A DNA stretch of 64,000 nucleotides from Lama glama (taxonomy: Eukaryota). How positions within the stretch are numbered: the stretch's first letter is position 1; every line of letters begins with the position of its first letter. A program made the position numbers and the translations under genes. Of this stretch, positions 1 to 11,900 are shown in pieces. A model generated the notes under the pieces. It saw nothing but the letters and a program-made list of their open reading frames with translations, was not told the origin of the DNA and did not search any database. Where the stretch lies: assembly GCA_028534125.1 (NCBI GenBank), contig CM052816.1:50532001-50596000 (forward strand), written 5' to 3'.

Positions 1-185
1 TTAAAACCTTTAAAAAACCTTTCCTAAAGCCTTCAGGGAGTTGTCAGGTCTTTTAAGCACTAGCTACCTGGACTCCTTGCTTGGCACCCTGCAACAAACA
101 CTGCACTTTCTTTTACCACATCCCGATATCAATAGATTGGCTTTACTGTGCAAGGGCAAATGAACCCAACTTTGGTCCGGTGACA
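1..185 (+). mobile_element. 3' part (R/U5) of an ERV1-type LTR, truncated by the window edge
   Basis: Typical LTR tail with degenerate polyA signal (aacaaa) ending ...ctttggtccggtgaCA at 185. Confidence 0.65.
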
Positions 186-911
186 ATACTAGATACCAAG
201 TAAAAAGAGAAGAGAGGAGAAAGTGGTCTGATGGTATAAAAGTAATACCACTTTAATTTTAAAAACCTTTTAATTTAAAAAATCTTTAATTGAGTGCCTA
301 ATATGCAAGTCAATCAGTCCTACATCATTATCCCTCCCTTAAAGGGGTTTTTAATTTAGTGAAAAAGCAAGCCAGGTACATAACAGACAACTCTTACTGA
401 GTGCTTACTCACAAATACTTGACTAGATGATTTACTTGTATTAACTCATTTAATCCTCACAATGCTGGGGAAGCCTGTGCATTCTCCCCACAGAAAAAAT
501 ACATACTTACTATTTTTATATACCACTCTAGTGAACCCATGAAACCAAAGTTGAAAATACTCTCCTAGATGCAGGAGAGACAATAAATTTTGAACAAGGA
601 AATGATACAGTCATTTCATTTTTAGTAAGAAAGTGACCGAAATGGCTTAAAATGAGAATCCATAGCAGAGCTGCCAGAAAGGAGACTTTTGAAATAGCGA
701 TGTAAGACAGTACTTAAATTAGCTCACTGATAGCAAAAACCAAGAGCAGGGAGCTTACATGTTTAAAGGCCATGTGGTTCAATTACGCTCCCTAGAAACC
801 TCACTGCAAGTCAGATTGACTTTGCTGAGTTACATGAAAAATATAATTGATATACAAATATGTATGTTCAGCCTTATTATTGCCATTTGTGTTCCTCTAT
901 GGGTAACTTAA

Positions 912-1047
912 TAACTTTTTTATTGGGAGGGGTGGGAATTAGGTTTGTTTATTTATTTTTTTTTTTTTAATCGAGGCACAGGGGTTGAACCCAGGACCCT
1001 GTGCATGCGAAGCACACACTCTACCACTAAGTTATACCCTCCCCCCT
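912..1047 (-). mobile_element. Camelid tRNA-derived SINE (Vic-1 type) with 16-bp TSD
   Basis: The minus strand reads GGGGAGGGTATAACTTAGTGGTAGAGTGTGTGCTT...GGGTTCAACCCC (A/B boxes), then an A-rich tail and AAACCTAATT. Perfect flanking direct repeat TCTATGGGTAACTTAA at 896-911 and 1048-1063. Confidence 0.9.
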
Positions 1048-2651
1048 TCTATGGGTAACTTAAAAACAACTGGCAGTGTTCTTTCCTATTTTGAAGCTGA
1101 GGTATCTAAAAGCCCATGGCCTAAAATTAATTAAAATCCACAAATATAGTAAGTCAACTGGGATCTTTAACAACTTCAGTTCCTGGTGCTCTTCACAAGT
1201 ACAACATATTACTATCAAAAGTTCATAAAGACCAAGATGATCTTTACATGAAAGCAAAATGTCTACAAATACACTACTACTACTTTGGAAGCCAAGCTTG
1301 ATGAGTTGCACAACATAATTTCCATAACCAAGCCAAGGTTATTTAATTTGAATGGCAAGACCTGCAAGGTACAAAATAAAGCAACTACAAGGGAGAGCAT
1401 TAAATGGCTTGTTTTTTGCTAGCAGAAGGGTACAGTGCATTCTTATACATGTCTTATTCCCCTTTCCCATGCCCATTAAATTTCTGGAACAGATCATCTT
1501 TGTTCTTCTGCTGCACTCTCATGATCCCATAAATAAAGCTCAGTAAATACGTGCTAAATTTGTGTATTTGACCAACTCTTGACAATTCAATAGATTGAAA
1601 AGTAAAGTTAGTTGTGGTTAAAAAACAAAAAGAAAAACAAAAACTTGGTGTGCAGTAGCAAACAATGTAACCACAGACAGCAGAAATCCAAACGTTCTAA
1701 TCACTGCATTGCCCTAAAGGGAACAGTCTCATCGTTTGGCCAAGAACAGCACATAGATCAACACCTTAAATAAGTTAGTTTCCTTCCCTCTTCTTTCCTA
1801 TCCCACTTTGAGTCAAATTTTTTTTAAAAATAACATTCTAAAAAGAATCATCTGCTGCCTGAGAAAATAAATAAAACTATACACTTGGAGCCAAAGAGTT
1901 GCCATAATTTTCTGATTCGCCTGAGACAGAGGGAAAAACCGCGCCTGCAATTTAAGAATAATCACGATAACCATGCAAACTGAACACGGTAAAGCACCTG
2001 TTTCTCCATCTAGAATATTCGAAAACAAAAATGAGGGTTAATAGTGCCTATCTAATAGGGTTGATTATTATCATTAGAAGAAGCTAAATAATCATACTAC
2101 TGATTGAAAAAAAGTTGGCATGTGATTTGTCTTGCTGCACAACCACTTCTCTGGAGTACCTCATCAACTACAGAACTCAGGAAACGGCAGCTCCTTTCCA
2201 CTTGTTACCACAAAAGTTTTTTCCAGACCCCAACAGGCCTAGAACGTTTCAGCCCCAGGTGGAACCCATCGACAATTTACAAAAAGCTGGGAACTGGGAG
2301 AGAGCGAATGCCAGGGTTAGAGAAATGACTAAACAGCCTACTCAACACAACCCTCCGGATTCAAGAGTCCTCCTAATCCCAGAACCATTACAGGGCATTC
2401 CAAGGGCGCTTTGCATTCCAAAGAATCCCTCAGGCGCTAACGCAAAAACTGGAAAGGGAGCCCAGGAGATGCGCGTCTAGCGGGTAAGGTCAGGGAACCC
2501 AGGAGTTCCCGAGAAGAGTCCACAAACAGAAGGCCCAGGGGCTTACACACAGAAGGAATCCAAGCCGAGAAAAATCTGCGCGCTGTGGAGTTCTAGAAAA
2601 CTAAAAAATAACAACAAGAACAACACAGGACCATTGACTGCTATTACTTAC

Positions 2652-2720
2652 AGAGGCAGTCCCCACTTCCGGACCCTATCTGTCTGCAACTACACTTCCG
2701 GTCTCCTACGAAAGGCCCGC
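2652..2720 (-). other. XRCC4: Probable non-coding first exon (5'UTR) of XRCC4; TSS approximate
   Basis: The minus strand reads ACCGGAAGT...CCGGAAGTGGGGACTGCCTCT|GTAAGT, with a consensus donor at 2651-2646, and resembles the recalled human XRCC4 5'UTR. XRCC4 is known to lie head-to-head with TMEM167A. No XRCC4 coding exon is seen in 1-2650. Confidence 0.7.
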
Positions 2721-2971
2721 TCCATCAGGCAGACGTCCGGCAGCCAATGAGAGTGCCATTTACTTCCGCGCGCCGTGCTACGTCATTTAAATCCCGCCTT
2801 TTCCGGTAGAGAGAAGCCTATCGTAGCGTCTGAGGAGCGCGGCTCAGGAGGAGGTGCCCTGACAGGCCCAACCAGACGGCGCGAAGGAGCGAGAGAGGCA
2901 AGCCGGGCGTGCCCGCCTCTTCCGCCCTGGGCCCGGAAGGGTGATGTGGCTGGGGCTTCGCTGGCCTCACT

Positions 2972-2974
2972 ATG
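2972..2974 (+). CDS. TMEM167A: TMEM167A exon 1 coding part (start codon only)
   Basis: cactATG|GTAAGA: the ATG (A at -3) is followed directly by a consensus donor inside the CpG island. An in-frame upstream TGA at 2942-2944 excludes an N-terminal extension. Confidence 0.93.
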
Positions 2975-5900
2975 GTAAGAACCTGGTCTGTGGGGTCGCG
3001 GCTGAGTTTTGTGAAGGGGCTGCGGGCCCGAACCAGGGTTGGAGGGTTGGGCGGTGGTCCCGGGTTCCCGGCCGAGGAGCCCTGTCATTAAGTTGATTCT
3101 CACGGGGCTCGTAAGATGCACAGGCCCGGGAGCCATGTGGCCCCTGCACGTCCTACTGGGGAGAACCAGGGCAGACCGCCCAAGGGGGACCCCAGGGCCG
3201 CGGAGCTCCCCCTCACCTGCAGGGGCCACTTTCCTGACTTGTTTTGAAAAACTGCCGCTGGTTTGGCTTAACACGTCGGTTATATGGACTCTTTGTGGTC
3301 ATTGATCCTTTAAGACATTAGAGCTGTCTGTGTTTGTGCTTGTTATTTTGCGCCTCCTTACCTTCCTGCGGCCTGACCCTGGTGTTTTATTTCGTTGGTG
3401 TCAAAGAAACTCCAAACGCCACACCTTAATTTTCACATATTGAGTTAGTGGTCTTTCAGGTCCCTCCTACTCCATTCTCTTGACTTTAAAGATGCTGCTT
3501 TACAAACTTTGTATTTTAATGACTGGAATTGCCTGCAGAGGTGGTTTCTCTTTTGAGCTTAATGTGCTTGGAATGGTGTCTGGCCTCGGGCCTTCCTCCC
3601 CTCCCAAACATTATTAAGGTTTTATGTGTTATTTTGTCTTACTGAGAATTCCTTTAATAGTGTGGGCCTCTTAGAAAAGCTTGAAATGAGTCACAAAATT
3701 TCGCAAAAGAAATGCTTACATCTCCAGGCTGAGAAAAATAGATAAAGCCAGCATGGCCAGAGGACAGCTGTAGTAATAGCAGATTCTCTTAAGCTACGTC
3801 TGAAGGCATTTTACCTTTGTTAGGGTAAATGCCAACAGCCTCTACACCAGGCCCTCGTAGTGAATTTATGAAGTCCATGTGCCAAATATTGCATTTATGG
3901 GCATATTTCTGGGGAAAGGACGCGCGCCTTTCTTTATAATGTCAAAAGCAACCATGAACCAAAAAGCTATTATACAATGAAAGTTGCTGAGCTTGTGTTC
4001 CCAGATGTTCCTGCAGAATCCCATATAGAAGAAACTGCTAGACATTTAACCGAAAACTCATTGTTGTTTGCTTTATGCCAACTACTGTGATTATAGCTGG
4101 GGCATAAGTCACACTCTCTTCCCTGGGGAAGTTTACCACTTACAGAAGAGATGGCATTTTATTGGCAGGTCGTTCCTTCCTTGGCCAAGGATATTCTCCA
4201 GCTTCTTTTCCCACTACCACATGATAGGACGGATACACTTGTATCATTAGTGAGCTGTTATTTAACTTAGAAAATGTGATTCCTTTTTCAGTTAAAAAGA
4301 GAGACTGTTAACTCAATTCTTGTATATCCTCCTCAAGGCTGAAGTTGAATTGTTTTATTCCAAGTACAAGTTTAAGATACATTCTTCTTTTCGTTATCTT
4401 ATTGTCTTATGTACTCCCTGGAAGCAAGCTGTATATTGTGTTTTAAGATTAATAGTATTTGAACTGTCTGGCCATACTTGTTTTTTCAGAGTAACAATAA
4501 TAGCTGTCATTTTATTAGCAATTGCTCTGTGCCACTCTGCATTTGAAAAATCAGTTTATAAGCATTCTTATTTCAAACACCTGAGTAGATGTTTACAGGT
4601 GAAGGAAGTGAGGCACAAGAGACTGATGTGTGTGGGGTAATATACCCAGTAGATAGTAAAGCCAGGACCCAAACTTATGTTTAATGTCCAGATGCCAGAA
4701 GTCTTTGTGCTGTTGTTAATGAAAACAACATAACTGAGGATAAAATATGTTTTAGTGATTTGTTGCTCTCAAATATACAAATCAGAGATGGGTGGAAAAT
4801 AGAAACAACTGCAGGTGGATTTTCATTCCTGCTCTGTTCCTGTGAGCTTAGGATGTAAGCATTTTAGAGAAAGTACATTGTATTTGGAAGAGTTACACAA
4901 TGAGGTTTCTTTTTGAGTTTGCACCTACACTTGGTATATTTGTGAGGTAACCCAGTGATAGAACTTATTACTATATTTTGATTAATCCATTTTTAAGATG
5001 CATTTCAAGGCCATAAAATGTTTTAAGAGCAATAATAATTTACAACTATGAGAGCATAAATGTATCATAATTATAATGTAATTATATCATTGTTGAATTA
5101 ATACTTATAAGAATTTCAGAATCTCTTGTTCTTCCTAACTCATAACGTTCTTCAAGATTCATCTCTTCCCAAGAAGTCTTCCCTGTACCTTCTATTTTCT
5201 TCTACTCCTTTTAGGTATCTGTGGAAATCTGTAGTCCATGTATTTACCCCCCAGTGTCCCTCTTGCATAGAAAACAGCAGTAAGATGTTGCCTATATTTC
5301 TCTCCTCTCTAGGCAGAGTTCTTAAGGTAGAAATGAGGTCTTTAATCTCTCTATCAAGGTGTAAGTTAAAGTTGGTACTCAAATAAATCAGAATCTGGGG
5401 ATACAAAGTCATACTCATTGTCTTCCAGGACTTTACAGTCCAGTGAAGGAGAGTATTAAATAAATTTTATATGCTATCTGCTAGGATGTAGAGAGATGAC
5501 ATATGGTGGAAAGAACATGGCTTTAAACTGAGTCAAGCAGGGTCAGAATCATCCCCAGTTCTCATCCTTTACTTGATTAACCTGAGGAAGTTTATCTTCA
5601 TTTCTTTCTCTTTTGGCGTGTTAGGTGACTTACAGATATTCTTATTTAATGCTCACAACCCCTGCTAAGTAGGACCTATTGCCCACATTTTATAGTTAAA
5701 TTGAGTATCAGAGAAAGGGTGTGAAATAATTTCTTTCATCTTGTAGCTGAGATACATAGAAACACAGAGGAAAGAGTAATTCTCCAAGTGTTGCAAATGG
5801 AGAATAGAGTTGAGGTGCCTCTAACTCTGGACTATGGCTTTATAGCCATGAAAGTTCTCGGGTTTCAGTAGAAAGTGTAAATAAAGAATGTCTCTCTACA

Positions 5901-8900
5901 GTTTTGAAACAGGACCAGAGATACCAAATAACTATTTAGTCCAGCCCACTCATTTTATAAGTGAAATTAAACTGACGCATAGAGGTGCTGATTTATCTAA
6001 AGACAAAAATGTTTACTGGCTTCTGGTGCTAAGACACAGGTAATGTGCTCTTAACATCGAAACTGTAAACAATCCTGGTTTTTTGGTTTCAAATTAAATC
6101 AAGATAACTTGTATATTTGGTATCAGTGCTACCTTATAGTAAGCATCAAAACTTGAACTTATGTGCTAATAATGCCCAAAGAAAATGTTAATATTTCTGT
6201 ATGTTAGTGGAAATCTTTTCAGTCACCTGTGGTCATTTATCTTGTGCAAACAAGGTGTTGTGTGTGTTTGCACACTCACATACAGACTTACATTTATCCC
6301 TGTATTTCCATGTTTTCCATTTTAGTAGATAATAGTGGTACATAGGAATTTACAAGTAGAAACTAGTTGGAAAATGCTGACCTGACCTAGATTTGTAAAA
6401 GATAAAATGCTGACCCACTTTTCCAGTGCTGTATAATTTGTATCACAGTTAGGTCAGGAATGCCATTTCTGGGTTTCCTTCCATCTCCAGAGAGGGACGG
6501 ATGGCTTTAGTTTTGTGTAAAAACAGATTAAAACAAGTAAAATCATTTCTGTTTGGAGTTTTAAAAATTCAGTTCTTCAGTGTTCAGTTAAACTGGAAGA
6601 ATTAGTATATCAATAAAAATTTACTTCCCACATAGGAGGCAGTCAACATTTGAAGCTTCCAGAGAGAGTTATGCATAAAGAAGGCCCTTGTCACCAGATT
6701 AGCTAAATAATTTGTTCTCATAATCCTAAAAATAAGTAAGTTCCATGGAACGCAAGTGATCCAGGACTAATGAATATACTGTCTGCTTAGAGTCTTTTCT
6801 GCAGATTAAGTATGATTAGCAACCAGTCATTGAGCACTCTGGGCAGAGCACTGTTTAGCATATGTATTTCTTCTGCTTTTCTCAGTGTTTCTTTGTGCCT
6901 TTGTGCTGCTTGCATACTTTCTCCCCTTTTCCTTCTATTCCTAATGTTTAGGATAGTTTCTTTTACTTAGAAGTATTTTTACTTATACATCTAAAAACAA
7001 AACTATTGAATTCTTGCCTTTATATCCATACTTAATATGGTTTTAACATTCAAGAATGACTCTGAAAATAAGAAATTATATCTTTACAGATAAAAATTGA
7101 ATCTAAAATAAATATTCTTAACTTTTCAAATTGACTTGAGAATAGAGAATTTTTAAAAGATGTGTCAACATTAGAGGTAATTTCATGTTTGGACACTAAG
7201 TTTTGCATTGACCAGTCTTCATCTTTCACTGATAAATTATTTATTCCAGTGGTGACCAAATGAAAGTCTGAGTCATTTTTATTGTTTCAATAGCCTAACA
7301 AATTACAGTTTACTTCAAAATAATTATACAAAGTGACTGACTCATCAAGTTTATTTCCTTCTGATTTAGATAAATTCATTAGCACAATGAAGCATGTCAG
7401 AAGCTCTGGTTAGCTGGGAGTAGTACGACAGGTCTGGAGTGTAGAGGGATAATAAAAGGGGCCTTTGGAGGAAAAAAAGTTTGGAATCAGTTTTTAGAAC
7501 AAGTACCATTGTTCTTAAGAGTAGAATGGTCAGGGCAGGGTGGCTATATTCCAGGACCCCCAAAGGTTCCTGTTCTGATTGTATTTGAGGTTGTGCTCCG
7601 GAGGGTGCCACAGTCAGCCCTGAGTCTAGGGAATGTTTTGGATACTCCTCATAAAAAGGAAATGTTTGTAGGTGTGGTAGACAGAATGCCCTTCTCCCCG
7701 ACCCCCTTAAAAAAAAAAAAAACTGTGAATATCTTACTTGGCACAAGGGACTTTTCCTGTGTGAATTTTGGGGAGACTAAGCAGTTTGATCACAAAGATC
7801 ATTGTAAGAGGGAGGGAGGAGGGCTGTAATCACAAAAGAAGTGGTTGTCAAGGTCAGAGTGATGAGAGCCTCACTAAGCCAAGGGATCAAGCAGCCTCTA
7901 GAAGCTGGAAAAGGCAGGAAAATAGATTCTTCCCTAGAGCCTCCAGTAGGACCTAGTTGTCTTACATTTTGTGACCACTTAGTTCCAATATGTGTTAATG
8001 TTTAATAGCTAAATTTATAAAACCAAATAGCATATCATTCTGTAACTCCCTGGCATTGTCACATGGTGTCCTCGCTGAAAATTAGGTAGACCTTAGATTT
8101 GAGAATTACTTGAGGTTCTAGAATTTTCTGTCAGCCGGCCTGCCTACTCAGGCATCTAGAACTCTTGAGGTTGTATATCTCTTACAGATTAGGTCGACTC
8201 TGAAGAACATGCACAGCCCCATATGCAAGCACCTCAAAGCCAACTGCTTGATGGAACTTTCTCTGAATTCCAATTGATTTGAATCTTGAGAAAAGATTAC
8301 CTCAGGGCTTTATTTTACCCTTCAGCCTGGGCCTTTACAACAAACATAAGTATATTTGCTTCTTCATTCTGAACTTCCCAAAATACCATTGACAAGTAAA
8401 TATAAATGCAAAGCAGTGTGTGGAGGTTTCTCTTGAATTGTTCATCAAATATTCAGCAGCCAGATCTACATTTTTTCAATAACATGCATTGTTAATTTGG
8501 AATCTAATTGTGTTCTTGCATTTGTTAAAATCTTCATTATTTGGAATTGTTTTCAATTTTTGTTCATTCAGCATTTTTCAGTGACTGCTGTGCACTATTT
8601 TATTTAATAGGCACAAGGGATTGATAAGAACCTTAATAAAATAGAGGAGAAAGTTACAGTACAGGTTGCGGGGGCCAGCTATGTGTGTAGCATGCAGGTG
8701 TACTGAGATCCTGACTTGCCTGGTGTTGAGAATGGGGACAGGGAAGACTTCACGGAGGAGTTGACTCTTCGGTTGAGACCAGAAGGTTGAAAGAAGCAGT
8801 AGGTGGCACAAAACACAGTAGTAGTAGTAGTAGGTACAAAAACACAGAGTACACTTGAAAAAGATTTCATGCTTTAAAGGACCTGAAAGAGACACAGTAA

Positions 8901-11900
8901 ATGAATTTTACTTCCCTTATCACCTTTTCTGCCACCTTTCCCTCATTTTGTGATCAGATATGCTTGCTTTTTTAGCTTCCTCCCTTCCCTTTAATAACAT
9001 TTTCCTGTTGAAAATCTCAATTATTTTTCGACAGAACAGTAACATCTGTTTCCTTTAACTCTGAGACTAAAATTTTCTATCAGCAGACAGCAGATGCTGA
9101 GCATTAAAGGGGAATGCTCAGGCAGGCAAAGCAGTGGCAGGCTAATGCCTGCAGTTTAAACCCTTGACCAGAGTCTGAGTACATCTGAAAGACTTTACCA
9201 CCTAAGATTATTTGTTTAAATTTTAGGGTCTATAAACCCCAGGAACATAATTGTATGTATCCTATATTGCATACTTTTAAATGGTTTTCATTTGTAATTG
9301 GTTATACACACAAATGTATATATACACACCCTGCTTCTTTAATAATAGTATGGTTTTAAGTGCCTCTTAAAATCTTTTATTATGAAAAAATTCAGACACA
9401 CAAAGGTTTCTCTTTTCCTTCTAGAAGAGTATAATGAATCCCCTACATTCAGCATTTCATCATCATCCCCACACCTCCTACCACACACACACTGGATTAT
9501 TTAGAAACCAATCCCAGACATATCGTTTAAGCATGTTTCTTTAACAAGATGTTCAGGGAATTAAAAAGTACACATTTGCAAAATCATGAATTTAGATACT
9601 CCATTAGGAAGATGATGAAACCTACTCTGCAGATTTCTTTTCCAGCCACTTTACTGAGTGAATCCTTTGCTTAATACAGGAAGTCTGCTCATTGTTCCCT
9701 GACAGTGCAAATTCCTGATACTGTGGGAGGTTTTCCACGCCTTTGTCTTCTGGAGCCCGCTCTATTCTTTGCCGTGTAATTGTGCCCTTACAGGCTTGAC
9801 TCAGTTCCTGCTTTCTCCTTGAACCTTCTCCTGACTTTTGTTTGTGAAAATGGCCTTTTTTTTTTTTTTTTGTCTGCGTGGCTCAGTTTTCATTTACATT
9901 TGCTACAAATTGCTATTTAGTTTTTAAAATGCATTTCCAGTTCCAACTAGATTATAACTGCTCAGTTATCTCATATATAAAATAAAGGTATTAACAACAT
10001 CTACCTCAAATATGAGAATAAATAAGATAAACCAAAACAAGCACTCAGTGAATATCGATTATTGTTCATAGCTGTAAACTGGAGAGGAGGAACCATGCTA
10101 TGTACTTTTTTAATCCCCTGTCTAGCATAATGCTACAGAGTAGATACTAAATACATGTTTTGCTATGTTGGCTGGAAGGAAATTGGTGCTTTATATTTCA
10201 TGAGGTTATTGTCAAATACTAATTATCAATGTATTCATATACATGTTCAAAATATGGCTTTTAAAAGATAAGCATTGTGAAGTACTATAATTTCTATCTA
10301 GTTAATTGATCATCAGTTCATTTATAGATTTATTTCAGTTTATAAAATGTATATTGTTTTCACAGATGCAAAGTTAAAATCCAATTCGATTGAAAACTAA
10401 GACATGTTAAACTTTACCCTTGATCTATCCATGAAGAAATGATTTGCATAGAGAACAACTTTTAAAATAATAATTACAAATCAGTTTCATCTTGTTTAGA
10501 CCATAATAGTAACACTTAGAATATCTGAGAAATCCAGAAAAGTTGAGAATTAGGTTAAAACTCTTCCAGAGATAAGCACTGCATTAGCTCCTCTCCACTG
10601 CATAAACGTTTACATAGCCACAGATGAACTGATTGTGAAGTCTTATGTGTGTTTTTCCTATCACTTAGCATTACGGAAGCAATTTTTGTCCTTAAAATAT
10701 TGGCAAATAACATGTGTACTTTTTTAATGTTTTGAATGGATTGTAAATATTAAAAATCTACAAAAGGTTAAAAAATATTAAGACAATTTCTGAAAGGACG
10801 AATTCTTTTTTCAGGATTCTCCTGGCTATTCTTGCTTACTTATTTTTCCGTATGAACTTCAAAATCAGTTGTCAATTTCAAAAATAACTTGTTATTTTAG
10901 GGTTTGCTTTAAATTCATAGATTAGCTTTGAAATGTTACCCTTTAATGTAAGAGTCTTATATACCACTCCATTCTACTTTTATGTTCTTCAGAGTGCTTT
11001 AAGGCTTTGTTAATTTTGGCCTTTGATGCTAATATTGCAGATTTCTTGTCAAGCTTATTCCTACATATTTTAGCTTTTTGTTCTAGTTGCTATTATAAGT
11101 AATTGGTTATTTCTTAATTGGTTGATATTTTACTTATGAAGGCTGTCAATTTAAATGTTTTAATTGTGTACCTAGCCACCTTATTCAGTGTTATACCCTT
11201 ATGGTCTGTAATCATTTTTCACTAAATCTTTTTGGGCTTCTCAAATAGCTTTTAACATTTGCAAGTAACAGTTTCACCTTAAAAATTTGGGGTGGGTAAC
11301 TCTTATTCTTAGTCTAATTCCTGACTTTACAAGAAGTACTTTTTTTTTAGGTTGAAGTATAGTTGATTTACAATATTGTGTTAATTTCAGGTGTACAGCA
11401 AAGTGATTTTTTTCTGATTGTTTTCCATTGGAGGTTATTACAAGATATTTAATATAGTTTCCCTGTGCTATACAGTAAATTATTGTTGCTTACCTATTTT
11501 ATTTATAATAGTTTATTTCTGTTAATCCCATGCTCATAATTTATCCATCCCCACACTTGCACTTCAGTTACCATAAGTTACCTTACTTCTCTGTGAGTCT
11601 GTTTCTTTTTTGTATATAGATTCATTTGTACTGTGTTTTAGATTCCGCATGTAAGTGATATGTAGTATTTTTCTTTCTCTGTCTGACTGAATTCACTTAG
11701 TATGATATTCTCTAGGTCCATTCATGTTGCTACTAATGACAGTATTTCATTCTTTTTCATGGCTGAGTAATAATTATATATTCATACCACATCTTCTTAA
11801 ACCAGTCATCTGTTAATGGACACTTAGGTGGTTTCCATTTCTGGATTGTTGTAAATAGTGCTGCTATGAACATTGGGGTACACGTATCTTTTCAAATTAG

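Larger units (their letters stand above)
2400..3400. promoter_or_regulatory. CpG-island bidirectional promoter (TMEM167A + / XRCC4 -)
   Basis: The densest CpG-rich stretch in the window. ETS/GABP-type CACTTCCGG at 2664-2672 and 2693-2701, further TTCCG/CCGGAAG cores near 2764, 2801 and 2933, CCAAT at 2744-2748, YY1-like GCCATTT near 2755, CRE-like TACGTCA at 2779-2785. Confidence 0.9.

Noticed and set aside
970..1047. tRNA-like A/B-box sequence on the - strand
   Set aside because: It is the head of the SINE (A-rich tail, TSD) and lacks a proper acceptor stem, so it is not a tRNA gene.
2775..3305. ORF-track entries of 67, 163 and 88 aa over the promoter
   Set aside because: Expected stop-poor frames in a GC-rich CpG island. 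They are low-complexity Pro/Gly/Arg-rich with no recognisable family, and the 67-aa frame is not the kish-A frame.
9172..9194. CTGAGTA...GAAA resembling a hammerhead ribozyme core
   Set aside because: The core deviates from CUGANGA, and no stem II can form between the two motifs.
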